NCBI GenBank assembly: GCA_000002435.2
Contig: CM018793.1
DNA length: 64,000 nucleotides
Strand: one strand, 5' to 3'
Source of the DNA: Giardia intestinalis
Taxonomy: Eukaryota
The notes beneath the pieces were generated by a model. That model saw nothing but the letters and a program-made list of their open reading frames with translations, was not told the DNA's origin and did no database searches. Numbering within the stretch: the first letter of the stretch is position 1; the number at the start of each line of letters is the position of its first letter. This document shows positions 1 through 10,199 of this stretch, one piece after another. A program made the position numbers and the translations under genes.

Positions 1-1849
1 CCTCCATGCATATGCAGAGAGAGCCGACTGATTCTGATCCGCTTGGACAGCCTGAGGCGCAGGATCTCTTGCTCGGCTGGACGTTGTGGCTGCTGTCCGC
101 ACATGAGAGGCACTCGCCACTTGCGCTGCAGTTCGAGCACCCCGTGGCGTCTGACGGACAGGTGTTCTTAACGATGCATGCGCCGTCACTGCTGGGCTCG
201 AAGCCCTCCGCACAGACGCATCTGCCACTACCATCTGGTTGCTGATTTGGTCCATTACACTGAGATACACACGAAGAACTATCTAGCGAGATCAATCCTT
301 GGGAACACTTTGTGCACATGACTCTGCTGTTGCTGAAGGTACATGTTTGGCACTCCTCAATGCCACACTGGAAACACGAACGGCTGTCGGTGTCTGCATA
401 GTACCCGTCACCACATTCAGAGGGATCCACACAGATTTTGCCTGAGGCACTATACTTCATGTATTTTCCCGAAGCACATGAGATACAGCTACTAGCTCCA
501 GGGCCCGTGCAATCTGCGCAAACTGGATCGCATGCCTCGCAGTTACTTGTGCCAGTGTCTAAGTAGGTTCCTGAGCCACATTTGCAGCGGCAAATACCAT
601 TTTCATCACACCTACCTGGATTATTTGCTGGGCACGAGTCAACACAGGATGCACCGCCCACGGCTGCATACTTGTTGTTTTTGCAGCCGATGCATATGAG
701 TGTGTTTGGCTCATTATACTTAGTAACGCAGCTAGCACAGTCAGCAATTGAGGCATTACAAAGGTTGCATGTTCCATCCCTTTTAAAGTATCCGTTTTCT
801 TCTCTGCAAGTAGTACACTTACCATTGAAGGCCTCTACGCATATGGTGCTTCCAAGGACATCGTTTGTATTATAACAACCACCTTCATACAAAAAGACGC
901 TGCGGATGGGGGAGTTTTGATTGCAAGCAGTGCACCTTCCTTCGGACGCATCCTTTTCGCAGCTATTCCATCTACCAGACGGCTTACAATTACCATTGTG
1001 AGGGATCTCACTAGAATTAGCACACTTCTTACAGGCAGAATAACCACTTATTTCAAACTGGCTAGCTGAGTCACATATCGTATTTCCTGTCCCAGTTTTG
1101 CTATAACACCCGCCTTTGTGATAGATATAGTCAGTTGAACAGTGAGTGCAGTACCCATTCTCACACTTATTGGAACCAAAAGCCGTACATACACCATCAA
1201 TCGGAGCTTTATCGTCAGCTGAACAAGAAGTACACTGAATACTAGCAGTGCTTGCAGCATTACTTGGTGCAGGATCTTTTGCTAAAGAAACACAGGTTGA
1301 ACAACCATCCATTCCAACCTTACCATTGAAGCCAACAGTATCACCACACAGGATACACTTTTCCTTGGCAGTACTATCCGAGTTCGTAAAAACACTTTCA
1401 GAGTATGTTTCGCAAACGCTACACATACCACTTGAAACAGTCTTACAGATGTGTGAGCCAGGCCACTCATCCTTGCTGTAGCAACCACCATAAAATAGGA
1501 AGTAAGTTGTCTCTGCATTAGGATCGTCACTTCTACTTCCCTTTCTACCAGTGCATGACGTGCAGCGCTTTGTAGCACCGTTGTCATTGGTCTGTGCTGT
1601 AACACAAACTGAAGTATCAACGGAGGAATCCCCTGCTCCAACACATGCCCCATTGATGGGTACCTTTCCAGATTTGCACTCAGTACACAAGGTTATTCCT
1701 CTATCAAACATAACACACTTATTTTCTACGCAATCTGTATGGGTTGGGCCGCATGCCACGTAGTAGCTGTTTACATACGGAGTCGAACTATCGTCTGCCT
1801 GAATCGCTTGACTGAGAGCAAGTACGCCAAGGAACAACAGCACCAGCAT
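1..1849 (-). CDS. Cysteine-rich surface protein of the Giardia VSP/HCMP family, partial (C-terminus beyond window start)
   Basis: The ORF track misses it because it runs off the window edge. Reading the reverse strand from the ATG at 1849 (cat at 1847-1849) gives a signal-peptide-like MLVLLFLGVLALSQA. More than 600 aa follow with very dense CxxC pairs (CTEC, CTSC, CSVC, CILC, CSTC, CTHC, CKKC, CTAC, CNLC, CASC, CIGC, CEAC, CADC, CISC, CFQC, CQTC, CTKC, CSNC, CLSC). There are three GGCY motifs (FYGGCYSKDEW, HKGGCYSKTG, YEGGCYNTND), a hallmark of Giardia variant-specific and high-cysteine membrane proteins. Translation was done by hand and no in-frame stop was noticed, but frame continuity was not machine-verified. 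Without the C-terminus (CRGKA tail) VSP cannot be told from HCMP. Confidence 0.7.
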   Translation of the reverse strand, partial: MLVLLFLGVLALSQAIQADDSSTPYVNSYYVACGPTHTDCVENKCVMFDRGITLCTECKSGKVPINGACVGAGDSSVDTSVCVTAQTNDNGATKRCTSCTGRKGSRSDDPNAETTYFLFYGGCYSKDEWPGSHICKTVSSGMCSVCETYSESVFTNSDSTAKEKCILCGDTVGFNGKVGMDGCSTCVSLAKDPAPSNAASTASIQCTSCSADDKAPIDGVCTAFGSNKCENGYCTHCSTDYIYHKGGCYSKTGTGNTICDSASQFEISGYSACKKCANSSEIPHNGNCKPSGRWNSCEKDASEGRCTACNQNSPIRSVFLYEGGCYNTNDVLGSTICVEAFNGKCTTCREENGYFKRDGTCNLCNASIADCASCVTKYNEPNTLICIGCKNNKYAAVGGASCVDSCPANNPGRCDENGICRCKCGSGTYLDTGTSNCEACDPVCADCTGPGASSCISCASGKYMKYSASGKICVDPSECGDGYYADTDSRSCFQCGIEECQTCTFSNSRVMCTKCSQGLISLDSSSCVSQCNGPNQQPDGSGRCVCAEGFEPSSDGACIVKNTCPSDATGCSNCSASGECLSCADSSHNVQPSKRSCASGCPSGSESVGSLCICME

Positions 1850-2285
1850 CAGTGGATTTTTTGATTGTTGCCTGCCCCAATGCTCACCTTTGCGAATACA
1901 AAAAGATTTCTTCTATAATTTATAACATTAATTAGTAGAGCAGGCGTGTGTAGGCAGATATTGATAACTCCTGTATTTAGGACCACGAAGTGAAGGAGAG
2001 TAACTGTTGACATCCTGAGTGCCACACTAAGTTCAACATGTAAAGGATATTACTGCACGAGAAATTATCCTAGTGGAAGGCCCTGTTTTCAATCCTATAG
2101 CTGAACTGTCCGATGTGTTGTCTTATAGTTCGTCCCAACGCATCATCTTTTGGTTTATGCTTGCAAAATAATTAGCGTAAAATAATACGAACGAGGATTT
2201 ATACCTTCTATTATGTTATTTCATATACAAGAGTGTTGTACTAACAGAGTAGGGCACGATAACGGGGCAAGAAGAACGGTGTAAG

Positions 2286-2309
2286 GAAAACAGTTTTTAA
2301 TTTCCAAAA
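2286..2309 (+). promoter_or_regulatory. AT-rich initiator-like tract directly upstream of the ATG (gtttttaatttccaaaaATG)
   Basis: Giardia promoters are short AT-rich elements within a few tens of bp of the start codon. Sequence only, not a validated site. Confidence 0.35.
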
Positions 2310-5198
2310 ATGGGTCTCGATAAAGAGGAGTCAGTGTCTGTTCACAGGGAGCCTTTGGAAACAACACCAGCCAATTCCTCTGATATCAAAGAGAGGGTGC
2401 CCCCAAACGAGTCGGAGACCACAAGGAGCTCTCAACCTTCAGGTCATAGGAAGCGCTCAAGTCGCAAGCACAGTTCTGCTTCAAAGGCGCGCATGACAGA
2501 GTCAGATAGCGAAATTCTGGACAGCGTGCTCTCCGTCTTGGAAACGACGCTTAGCCAGTCAAACACTGATGCACAGGTACTCTCTAGACGGCACGTCAAG
2601 CGATCTGCGTCAGCCATGTCATCGGCAATGCTCCAGTCTGGAGGATACTTTGTTGACGAGCACGGGGATCTGCAGCAGGGTACATCGCGTGCTGCCAGCT
2701 CCAGTCGCCCCCGCTCATACTCTGCTTCGCGAGCTGGGTGCTGCGATAGTGGCATAGCAGATCACCTTCGGTTATCTGTACTTCCAGAGGAAGGACACAG
2801 GAAACATAAACATGATTCACTGGTTCCTTCAGTGGCTTTTAAAGCTCCAACTCAACCTCCCAAATTTACGAATTTCCTCCGTGCACACCACGCCGTTCCG
2901 TTCGATATGCATGCGTGCAAGATAAGCCAGTCACGTACTGCAAGACCAGGGCCCATTGCCACGGGAGGAATAGCCTCTCCGGCAGACATCAAGCAGCTTC
3001 TCTCTCGAGAAAGCCTTCAGGAAATTAAGCTCAAGAATGACGCTGCTCAGCGGTCGGTTTTATCTGTTTCTGCAGAGCACACGCACATTCCAGAGAGGTC
3101 CAGCTCTTCTCGTCATGCAACACGACCCACAGTCAAAGAGTTCAATACGCAGTCTGTGCGTGCAGTGAAACCCGTCCCTCTTGCACAAATTTGCAATAGG
3201 CCTGTGAAGGCCACAGACTCTACTCTTCGATCAGCAAGCACTTCTTCTTTTCTGACCCAGCAGTCTGGCTCGTCGTCGTCTCTTCACGAGCAACAATCAT
3301 TTACGACTGAAGAAACAGCTATACTGCATTCCAATCAAACAGTGCAACTGCCTAAACAACCACACTCTGGAAAGCTAGTCTTCAAGGGCCTGAAGCTCCT
3401 GAAGCCTGCTAAAGCGACTGAGAGTGGCCCCCAGATGCATGTACAGCAAGCAGAATTTAGTGAGCATAGCGCTAGAATAAGTAGAGCAGATACTACAGAT
3501 ATTGCAGGAATGGAGAGCTTCTCAGAGTCGTCGTTTGTGGACGCAGACATCATCCAGGTACCAGTACCTCCTCCACGCAAAAGCGCTGAGGCAATTGATC
3601 CGGCCACAGCGGAAAGCAACACATTAAAGGCAGAAGATTGTGAACGAGCCGAAGCATATCTATCAAATTCAAACTTGATCACTTTCTCTCACTCCCAAAA
3701 GCCTGCCAAGAGTGATGTCGTCGAAAGCGGCTCTGCTCAGTTTCAGGTGCTTGCAAAGGAGGTAGGTGTGGAAGGCGCTTTCGATCTTTTGCGTAAGGAA
3801 TTTATTACACTAGGCGTTCGGCTGGCACAACTGGCCAATAGGAGATCCTATGTTGAGTCTGCTCTAAATAACTACGAAAGCTTTACGTCTGATGGCAACG
3901 CGGATCATTCTTATCTAACGGCAGAGATAGAGGAGACTCAGCGCAAGCTTGATGCAATTGAAGATGAAATGACTCAGATATTGGCAAGGCGGGCAGATCT
4001 TCGACAGCACTTTGCAGACGCTGGAGTTAACATCCAAACAGAGGTGATCAGCGAAAGACAAGCTCGGAAGGCTAAAATTGATCAAGCATTGCTTTTAGAG
4101 TTGAACCCCCTTGAGGCGGCTCAGTCGGTCAAGGGGAATTCCTGTGCAGAAACCCTAAATACTACCTGGCTCACTGGCAATCAAGCAGCTAGTATAGCTG
4201 ATTCATGCGATCATAGTATATTCATGTGTGATGAGTCCTTGCGTACGAGCCTGCAAGGTACCAGCAAGCCTAACGTTCCACGTCCACAACTTCCCATGAA
4301 TCTGTCTATCTCTGTAAAAGATATGGCAGTGGGGGCAAGCATGCAGGTAGCGCTTGATGACTCAGCAGTCATGGGTGCTCGTGTGGCTCAAGAGGATCAA
4401 CCCTCGAACAGTACTGAAGTTGGTCTACAAGTAGCTGAATCTGTTACTGTGCAGCGGGTATCAGCAAGTGATACTATAGATCATATTTCGCGAATTATCA
4501 GTCCTCAATATGTGGACACGGAAAGACGCAACATGTCAAGGCTTATGGCGGTGCTATTGACAGCATTTGAAAACCCTAGTGATGCGTCTGTATATGCAGA
4601 AGAAAACATCCTCAAGTATAGCACTGCCATCAGCAATCTAGGCTCATCTAATAGCGATGCAAGTATGAAGGCTGCATTGCCCGCGCTGATCAGGCCCTAT
4701 TCTGATGTGATTGTGCTCCTTATGGAGGGCTTATCGTCCTTTTTACATACAGGAAGATCGACAGCCCTCATACGCGCGGTTGTAGCGTCTAGAAAACATC
4801 CCGGATGGATGTGCTCTCCCGTGCTCAAGGTGTTAGCATCCGTGTTAGAAATCTTGTCCTTACATGTTGCAACGTGTGATACTACAGCTGGTTGCCTGGA
4901 TAATCACTATTTCCGTACAGTCCACAGTGGAGGTGCATGGATTGTTTCGGAGTTAATAGTATTTCTGCGGTGTTCTCTGCAAAGCATGAACGTTATATCA
5001 GTAGATGATGCGCACCAGATAATGACGGCTATATTAACCTTTTCCTCGTGCGTATCGTCAGAGGTATCCCAGCGGTGGCGTAAGGAGCTACACGCGATTG
5101 TCTCCGCTGAGCCACAATTACAACGATACAGAGACCTCCAGGAAGCTTTGCCACGTGGTAAAGAAAGCAGTGACGGAGTTGCAATCGAACAGAGATGA
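2310..5198 (+). CDS. Hypothetical protein, 962 aa, Ser-rich N-terminal third and central coiled-coil segment
   Basis: Long uninterrupted ORF with an ATG at 2310 preceded by an AT-rich tract. Central heptad-like stretch (LRKEFITLGVRLAQLANRRSYVESALNNYE ... IEETQRKLDAIEDEMTQILARRADLRQHF). No recognisable catalytic motif. Confidence 0.7.
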   Translation: MGLDKEESVSVHREPLETTPANSSDIKERVPPNESETTRSSQPSGHRKRSSRKHSSASKARMTESDSEILDSVLSVLETTLSQSNTDAQVLSRRHVKRSASAMSSAMLQSGGYFVDEHGDLQQGTSRAASSSRPRSYSASRAGCCDSGIADHLRLSVLPEEGHRKHKHDSLVPSVAFKAPTQPPKFTNFLRAHHAVPFDMHACKISQSRTARPGPIATGGIASPADIKQLLSRESLQEIKLKNDAAQRSVLSVSAEHTHIPERSSSSRHATRPTVKEFNTQSVRAVKPVPLAQICNRPVKATDSTLRSASTSSFLTQQSGSSSSLHEQQSFTTEETAILHSNQTVQLPKQPHSGKLVFKGLKLLKPAKATESGPQMHVQQAEFSEHSARISRADTTDIAGMESFSESSFVDADIIQVPVPPPRKSAEAIDPATAESNTLKAEDCERAEAYLSNSNLITFSHSQKPAKSDVVESGSAQFQVLAKEVGVEGAFDLLRKEFITLGVRLAQLANRRSYVESALNNYESFTSDGNADHSYLTAEIEETQRKLDAIEDEMTQILARRADLRQHFADAGVNIQTEVISERQARKAKIDQALLLELNPLEAAQSVKGNSCAETLNTTWLTGNQAASIADSCDHSIFMCDESLRTSLQGTSKPNVPRPQLPMNLSISVKDMAVGASMQVALDDSAVMGARVAQEDQPSNSTEVGLQVAESVTVQRVSASDTIDHISRIISPQYVDTERRNMSRLMAVLLTAFENPSDASVYAEENILKYSTAISNLGSSNSDASMKAALPALIRPYSDVIVLLMEGLSSFLHTGRSTALIRAVVASRKHPGWMCSPVLKVLASVLEILSLHVATCDTTAGCLDNHYFRTVHSGGAWIVSELIVFLRCSLQSMNVISVDDAHQIMTAILTFSSCVSSEVSQRWRKELHAIVSAEPQLQRYRDLQEALPRGKESSDGVAIEQR

Positions 5199-5239
5199 AT
5201 GAACAAGGCTGAGTGGATCACAAAATAAATTAATTGCTG

Positions 5240-8200
5240 ATGGAGGGCCAGGGCAAGAGTAAGGCTAAAGCGGCGAAAGCGGCGAAGGGGGGCTCTGGCA
5301 AGGCCATCGTTCAGAAGGCAGAAGGAAAGGCCTTGAGGACAGAGCTCAAAGCTTTCGAATATGAGTATGAAACTCCAGTGGGGGAAAAGAAGAATATCAG
5401 CGGTGCATGGCCCAAGGCATACAATCCGTCTGTTATTGAGAAAAGCTGGTATGAGTGGTGGGAGGCTGCCGGCTTCTTCAGCCCGGATATGCAGAAGAAC
5501 ATCCGAAGCAAGGACTCACGCTGCAAATTCACCCTGCTGATCCCTCCACCGAATGTCACTGGGTCCCTACATATTGGCCACGCTCTCACTAATTCCATTC
5601 AAGACGCGCTTGTGCGGTGGTATCGCATGATGGGGTACAGGACGTTGTACCTCCCCGGGCTTGATCACGCTGGGATAGCAACGCAGTCTGTCGTTGAGCG
5701 CAATATTATGAAAACTGAGGGGAAAACACGACACGACCTTGGGCGAGAGCGGTTTTTGGAAAGAGCTTGGGCTTGGAAGGAGCAGTTCGGTGGGCGAATT
5801 CTGTCTCAGCTGCGAATTTTAGGCTCCAGCTTTGATTGGTCCCGGTCTGTCTTCACGCTGGACCCAGCTCGCAGTAGAGTACATAACGAGTCCTTCGTAA
5901 AGCTGTTCAATAGGGGTCTTATTTACCGTGATTCTCGCTTAGTTAACTGGGACTGCTCTCTGCAGACTGCAGTCAGCGATGTGGAAGTTGAGTACATCGA
6001 CCTGAAGCTCCCACGACAGCTTTCCGTCCGAAATCACGATCCTGGGAAGAGCTATCCCTTTGGATACCTGTGGCGTTTTTCTTACAAGGTCATTCCGAGT
6101 TACCTTGCAGACAAGAGCGAAGCAGATCTCCTGACCGCTTTTCAGAGCGGTGAGCTGAAGTTCGCTTGTCAGGACTGTGCTAAGTTCTACACCTCTTCTA
6201 TACTTCCACTTCTCGACAGCGATTCTATTGCAGAGGGTAGCCCGTCGCCTTATGAGCTATTACGCTTACATCAATGTGCGGATCCGGGGTGCTTATTTAC
6301 GGCGGAGGAGTTAGTTGTAGCCACTACACGGCCTGAGACGATTATAGGAGACACTGCTGTTGCAGTTCATCCCCGAGACCATCGGTACACGGATCTCCAT
6401 GGGAGGTGTCTTTTCCACCCTATTCTGTTAGGAAAGAAGGTGCCCATCGTGCTTGATGATGTTCTAGTTGACATGGAGTATGGTACTGGTTGTGTCAAGG
6501 TCACACCCGCTCACGATCCTAACGATTTTGAGTCTGGGCGTCGTAATAAGCTAGAGTATCTTCAGATATTTACTGACGATGGGAGAATTGTACAAATGAT
6601 AGAAAGCACACACAACGGAATTACCTACCACTTACCAGCTCGCTTTGCAGGAGTAAAGCGCTTCGATGGGCGTTTGGAAATGCTTTCTTATCTTAAAGAA
6701 GCTGCGCTTTACAGAGGTCGTACCCCAAATCCAATGGTAATTGGAACATGTCAGAGGTCTGGTGACATTTTGGAACCTATGGTCAAACCACAGTGGTACC
6801 TGAACTGTGAACAGATGGCCCAACGGGCCCTTAATGCAGTCTATGCTCCGCCGTCGGAAGCAGAGCGGCTGCTCATTGTTCCCGAGATGCACAAGGACAC
6901 CTGGAAGTCATATCTGGCTAATATAAGACCGTGGTGTATTTCTCGTCAACTGTGGTGGGGACACAGGATTCCGTGCTACAAGTTTTGGTTTGGAGACAAT
7001 CCAGAGCCATCTGGCGACAAAACTGAGCACTGGGTGGCAGCATGTTCAGAGGAGGAGGCGCGGAGAATTATTACCAAGAAGCACTTGGACGTACAGGGTC
7101 AGCTCCATCTCAAGCAGGACGATGACGTAACCGACACGTGGTTTTCATCGGGGCTCTTCCCCTTCTCATGCTTTGCGGACAGTGAGCGAGACTTTTCCAG
7201 GTACTACCCCGGGTCTGTTCTGGAGACAGGTAACGATATCATCTTCTTCTGGGTGGCTCGGATGGTCATGCTCAGTCTCGAACTCTACAATGTCCTTCCT
7301 TTCAGGGAGGTGTACCTCCATGCCCTTGTTCGGGATGCTCACGGGGCAAAAATGTCGAAGTCTAAGGGTAACGTTGTTGATCCGATAGACGTGATCAAGG
7401 GAATTACTCTTCAAGAGATGGGAGATAAGGTGCGCGCCACAAACCTGCCACCAAAGGAGATTGAGCGTGCCCTCGAACTCCAGAGCAAGGATTTTCCGAT
7501 TGGAATTCCAGAGTGCGGGACAGATGCGCTTCGGTTTGCATTGTGCGCGTATACTGGTCAAGGCCGATCTATCAACCTAGATGTTAACAAGATAGTCGCT
7601 TATAGGAATTTCTGCAATAAGATCTTCAACGCTGTTAAGTTTGGGTGCTACTTTAGTGGGATATGTGATGTGCTCGATGTGGACACTGGAGCTACAAACG
7701 CTTGTGGCCGGTTTTGGCAGAGCAACATCCGTCATTACGAAGATTTTAATGATTTCATCATGAGGGTTTATCGCACAACTCTATCCGCTCGTACGTTTAA
7801 AACTACAGCAGCTACTGTGGGCGAACTGGACCCCACAGCTGCTTACACTACCAATGATCCTAACGACATCTATACCCCGTGCACTCAGTCTGAAGATCAT
7901 CAGTCAATTGTTGCAGCAAGATGGATTCTCTCGCGGCTTTACAATACAGTACGCACAGTGACGAAGAGCTTCCGCGAATTCCGAATCGCCGATGCATGCA
8001 CTGCAATCTATACCTTCTGGTATGATGACCTATGCGATGTCTTTTTGGAACTTGTTAAACCTATAATTGCGTCGATGTCCGCGGAACCAAAGCGCCTTGA
8101 TGCGCACGCAGAGATCATGCGGATGGTCTACTTCTGTTGCATCGATCAAGGTCTCCGTCTCCTGCACCCGTTTATGCCATTCTTGTCAGAGGAGCTCTTT

Positions 8201-8896
8201 CAACACCTTCCTCGCTGGTCCAAGGAGGAGGGCCTTGAAACACTGATGTACGCAGAGTATCCTACCAGCTACGGTGCCCACCACTTCGTCACCTTTGGAT
8301 CAAAGCATGAGCTACTAGGTGAGGAGCTATCTAGGGACGAGCAGAAGAAGGTGGAGGGCACAAGCATTTACAGACTGTCTTCAGTCCTACGTGACCGTGC
8401 TGCAGAGGAGATGGTTGCTCACCTCAAGCCGTTGATGACTGCTGCAAGGGCGCTTCGGGGCCAGTATAACATCAAGCCATCGTCAACTCCTCGCTATTAC
8501 ATTGCATGTGACAAGAGTGACGAGCACTATAAGCACATCATGGACGGGTACTATGTGATTAAGACCCTGTGCAATATGAGGCAGCTGGACATCGTCTCCC
8601 CTAAGGTCAAGTTCTCTAACTGTGGGTGCACCGTGTTATCGGCAACGCTCCTTATTTACATGGACCTTCGCGGTCTTATTGATGTGGAGCAAGAGCTCTC
8701 AAAGGTCAGCAAGGAGATGGAGCAGATCCGCACGCAGATTGAGAAGCTGGACAAGCTAATGAAGGGGTCAAATTACGACCGAATGCCAGAGCACTTGAGG
8801 AAGCAAAATGACGAAAAGATGGCCGGCTTCTTGGCCAAGTTACTACAGCTGGAGGAGCTTGCAGCAAGCTACCAGGCTATGAAGGAGGTTGAGTAA
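5240..8896 (+). CDS. VARS: Valyl-tRNA synthetase (class I aaRS)
   Basis: PPPNVTGSLHIGHAL (HIGH motif in the canonical ValRS context), GLDHAGIATQ, VNWDCSLQTAVSDVEVEY, WCISRQLWWGHRIP, KMSKSKGNVVDP (KMSKS). Lys/Ala-rich eukaryote-type N-terminal extension and C-terminal coiled coil. The track start 5234 is TTG; the first in-frame ATG is at 5240 (MEGQGKSK...). Confidence 0.92.
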   Translation: MEGQGKSKAKAAKAAKGGSGKAIVQKAEGKALRTELKAFEYEYETPVGEKKNISGAWPKAYNPSVIEKSWYEWWEAAGFFSPDMQKNIRSKDSRCKFTLLIPPPNVTGSLHIGHALTNSIQDALVRWYRMMGYRTLYLPGLDHAGIATQSVVERNIMKTEGKTRHDLGRERFLERAWAWKEQFGGRILSQLRILGSSFDWSRSVFTLDPARSRVHNESFVKLFNRGLIYRDSRLVNWDCSLQTAVSDVEVEYIDLKLPRQLSVRNHDPGKSYPFGYLWRFSYKVIPSYLADKSEADLLTAFQSGELKFACQDCAKFYTSSILPLLDSDSIAEGSPSPYELLRLHQCADPGCLFTAEELVVATTRPETIIGDTAVAVHPRDHRYTDLHGRCLFHPILLGKKVPIVLDDVLVDMEYGTGCVKVTPAHDPNDFESGRRNKLEYLQIFTDDGRIVQMIESTHNGITYHLPARFAGVKRFDGRLEMLSYLKEAALYRGRTPNPMVIGTCQRSGDILEPMVKPQWYLNCEQMAQRALNAVYAPPSEAERLLIVPEMHKDTWKSYLANIRPWCISRQLWWGHRIPCYKFWFGDNPEPSGDKTEHWVAACSEEEARRIITKKHLDVQGQLHLKQDDDVTDTWFSSGLFPFSCFADSERDFSRYYPGSVLETGNDIIFFWVARMVMLSLELYNVLPFREVYLHALVRDAHGAKMSKSKGNVVDPIDVIKGITLQEMGDKVRATNLPPKEIERALELQSKDFPIGIPECGTDALRFALCAYTGQGRSINLDVNKIVAYRNFCNKIFNAVKFGCYFSGICDVLDVDTGATNACGRFWQSNIRHYEDFNDFIMRVYRTTLSARTFKTTAATVGELDPTAAYTTNDPNDIYTPCTQSEDHQSIVAARWILSRLYNTVRTVTKSFREFRIADACTAIYTFWYDDLCDVFLELVKPIIASMSAEPKRLDAHAEIMRMVYFCCIDQGLRLLHPFMPFLSEELFQHLPRWSKEEGLETLMYAEYPTSYGAHHFVTFGSKHELLGEELSRDEQKKVEGTSIYRLSSVLRDRAAEEMVAHLKPLMTAARALRGQYNIKPSSTPRYYIACDKSDEHYKHIMDGYYVIKTLCNMRQLDIVSPKVKFSNCGCTVLSATLLIYMDLRGLIDVEQELSKVSKEMEQIRTQIEKLDKLMKGSNYDRMPEHLRKQNDEKMAGFLAKLLQLEELAASYQAMKEVE

Positions 8897-8902
8897 CGTT
8901 GA

Positions 8903-8909
8903 GTAAATA
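8903..8909 (+). terminator. Putative polyadenylation signal AGTAAAT (AGTRAAY class)
   Basis: Lies 7 nt after the ValRS TAA stop and 13 nt before the next gene's ATG. This matches the known Giardia 3' processing motif and spacing. Motif match only. Confidence 0.45.
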
Positions 8910-8921
8910 CCATGGGTAAAA

Positions 8922-10181
8922 ATGAAGGCCCTCTTTTACATAGGTTTGTGCTGTGCAATGGCGTCTGGTGGCCTCAGTATCACTGTCTTAGCAGATATAC
9001 ACCTGGACGAGAGATACATAGAGACAGGCTCCCAAGAGGTTTTCTGCAGAGAAAATCAGGACAGACCAGAGGCAAAGTACTCTCTTCCAGGATGTGATTC
9101 ATCTGAAAGCCTTGTTGATGCAGCATTAGCCAGCCTTCAAAAGGAAGGGCCTTATAATGTGATGGTTGTCCTTGGAGACATCGGGCCCCACTCTTCGGAG
9201 TCTCCAGAGATGACCCAGCGAGCTATTAAAGCAATCGCTGATAAGCTTAGGCGCCTCTTCATAAACAAACCTCCCGAGCAGGAGATGATCATTCTTCCTG
9301 TGATAGGAAACAACGACGTCTTTCCTACCTACGCTGTACCTACAGAGGATGGGGACCCCCAGTTACTATTTGTGGCAGACCAGTTCAAAGACCTGATGAC
9401 CACTGAGGGGTACAGACAGTTTCAAAGACGGGGGTATTACAGTGTCCCTCTTTCTAAACATCGAGTAACTTTCCTTGTTATTAATGCTAATTACTACAGT
9501 GTACGTCATAGAGAGCTAGGCGAGGACCCGGCCGATCAGTTTAAGTGGGTAGAGAACCAGATGATAGAGGCAAAAGCCAAGGGGTACCGTGTAATCCTTA
9601 TCAGCCACATTCCATTTGGTGTCAATGTATATGACGAAAGCGAGGCCCTTCATTCACAATACACTGATCGTATTAGGTCCATTCTGCGAAGATATGCATC
9701 GACTGTTTTGGCTTGCTTGTATGGGCATTACCACAGTGCCTACCCACTGGTTCTATCAGCAGGGGAGGAGCCATTAGTCCCCATGTTTATCTGCCCATCA
9801 ATCGCACCTAGCAACTACAACAATCCTGGATATTATGTTTTCCACATATCACCGCTCCACGAGGTAGACTACGATCATTATGCGCTTAATATAGAAGCTG
9901 CCAATATGCAGCATAGAGAAATGCACAATAGTACAGAATTGGCGTCCTTTGATTGTCTGTATAGGTTTTCTCAGCGCTATCGGCCTTGGTTGGGACTAAG
10001 GGCTTTGCCAACAGCACAAAACATTGCACATTTATATGAACACATGCTCAATGACGACTTTGTTTGGTATCAGGTTCGCGCCGCCACTACATCTATGCTG
10101 TCAGAGCGGAGACTAGACTTTCTACAAATGGCAGTGGACAAAGCGTTCATGGACGCGTATAACCTTAGCAACTCCAACTGA
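8922..10181 (+). CDS. Acid sphingomyelinase-like phosphodiesterase (calcineurin-like metallophosphoesterase fold)
   Basis: Metallophosphoesterase signature series in the right order: LADIHLD (D-x-H), VVLGDIGPH (GD-x-x-H), GNNDVFP (GNHD/E-type), ISHIPFG (H), YGHYHSAY (GH-x-H). N-terminal hydrophobic signal-like segment MKALFYIGLCCAMASGG. Spacing resembles SMPDL3-type enzymes. Confidence 0.7.
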   Translation: MKALFYIGLCCAMASGGLSITVLADIHLDERYIETGSQEVFCRENQDRPEAKYSLPGCDSSESLVDAALASLQKEGPYNVMVVLGDIGPHSSESPEMTQRAIKAIADKLRRLFINKPPEQEMIILPVIGNNDVFPTYAVPTEDGDPQLLFVADQFKDLMTTEGYRQFQRRGYYSVPLSKHRVTFLVINANYYSVRHRELGEDPADQFKWVENQMIEAKAKGYRVILISHIPFGVNVYDESEALHSQYTDRIRSILRRYASTVLACLYGHYHSAYPLVLSAGEEPLVPMFICPSIAPSNYNNPGYYVFHISPLHEVDYDHYALNIEAANMQHREMHNSTELASFDCLYRFSQRYRPWLGLRALPTAQNIAHLYEHMLNDDFVWYQVRAATTSMLSERRLDFLQMAVDKAFMDAYNLSNSN

Positions 10182-10199
10182 AGACAATTGGAGACTGAA

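Noticed and set aside
6-245. 79-aa plus-strand ORF at the window start, and the minus-strand 70-123-aa ORFs at 559-1653
   Set aside because: All lie in wrong frames or antisense within the Cys-rich VSP/HCMP-like coding region, whose true frame gives continuous CxxC/GGCY sequence.
1850-2285. Possible small RNA or tRNA in the 460-bp and 316-bp divergent spacers (1850-2309, 28113-28428)
   Set aside because: No cloverleaf-compatible or box-like pattern could be recognised by eye. This would need tRNAscan or covariance-model searching.
5234-5239. ORF-track start codons at 5234 and 13826
   Set aside because: Both are TTG on inspection (ttg ctg ATG at 5234-5242; caa, reverse-complement ttg, at 13824-13826). 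The first in-frame ATGs are at 5240 and 13823 and are used instead.
8912-9097. 61-aa ORF (MGKNEGPLLHRF...) overlapping the start of the phosphodiesterase gene
   Set aside because: Different frame from the 419-aa ORF, which carries the full metallophosphoesterase motif series.
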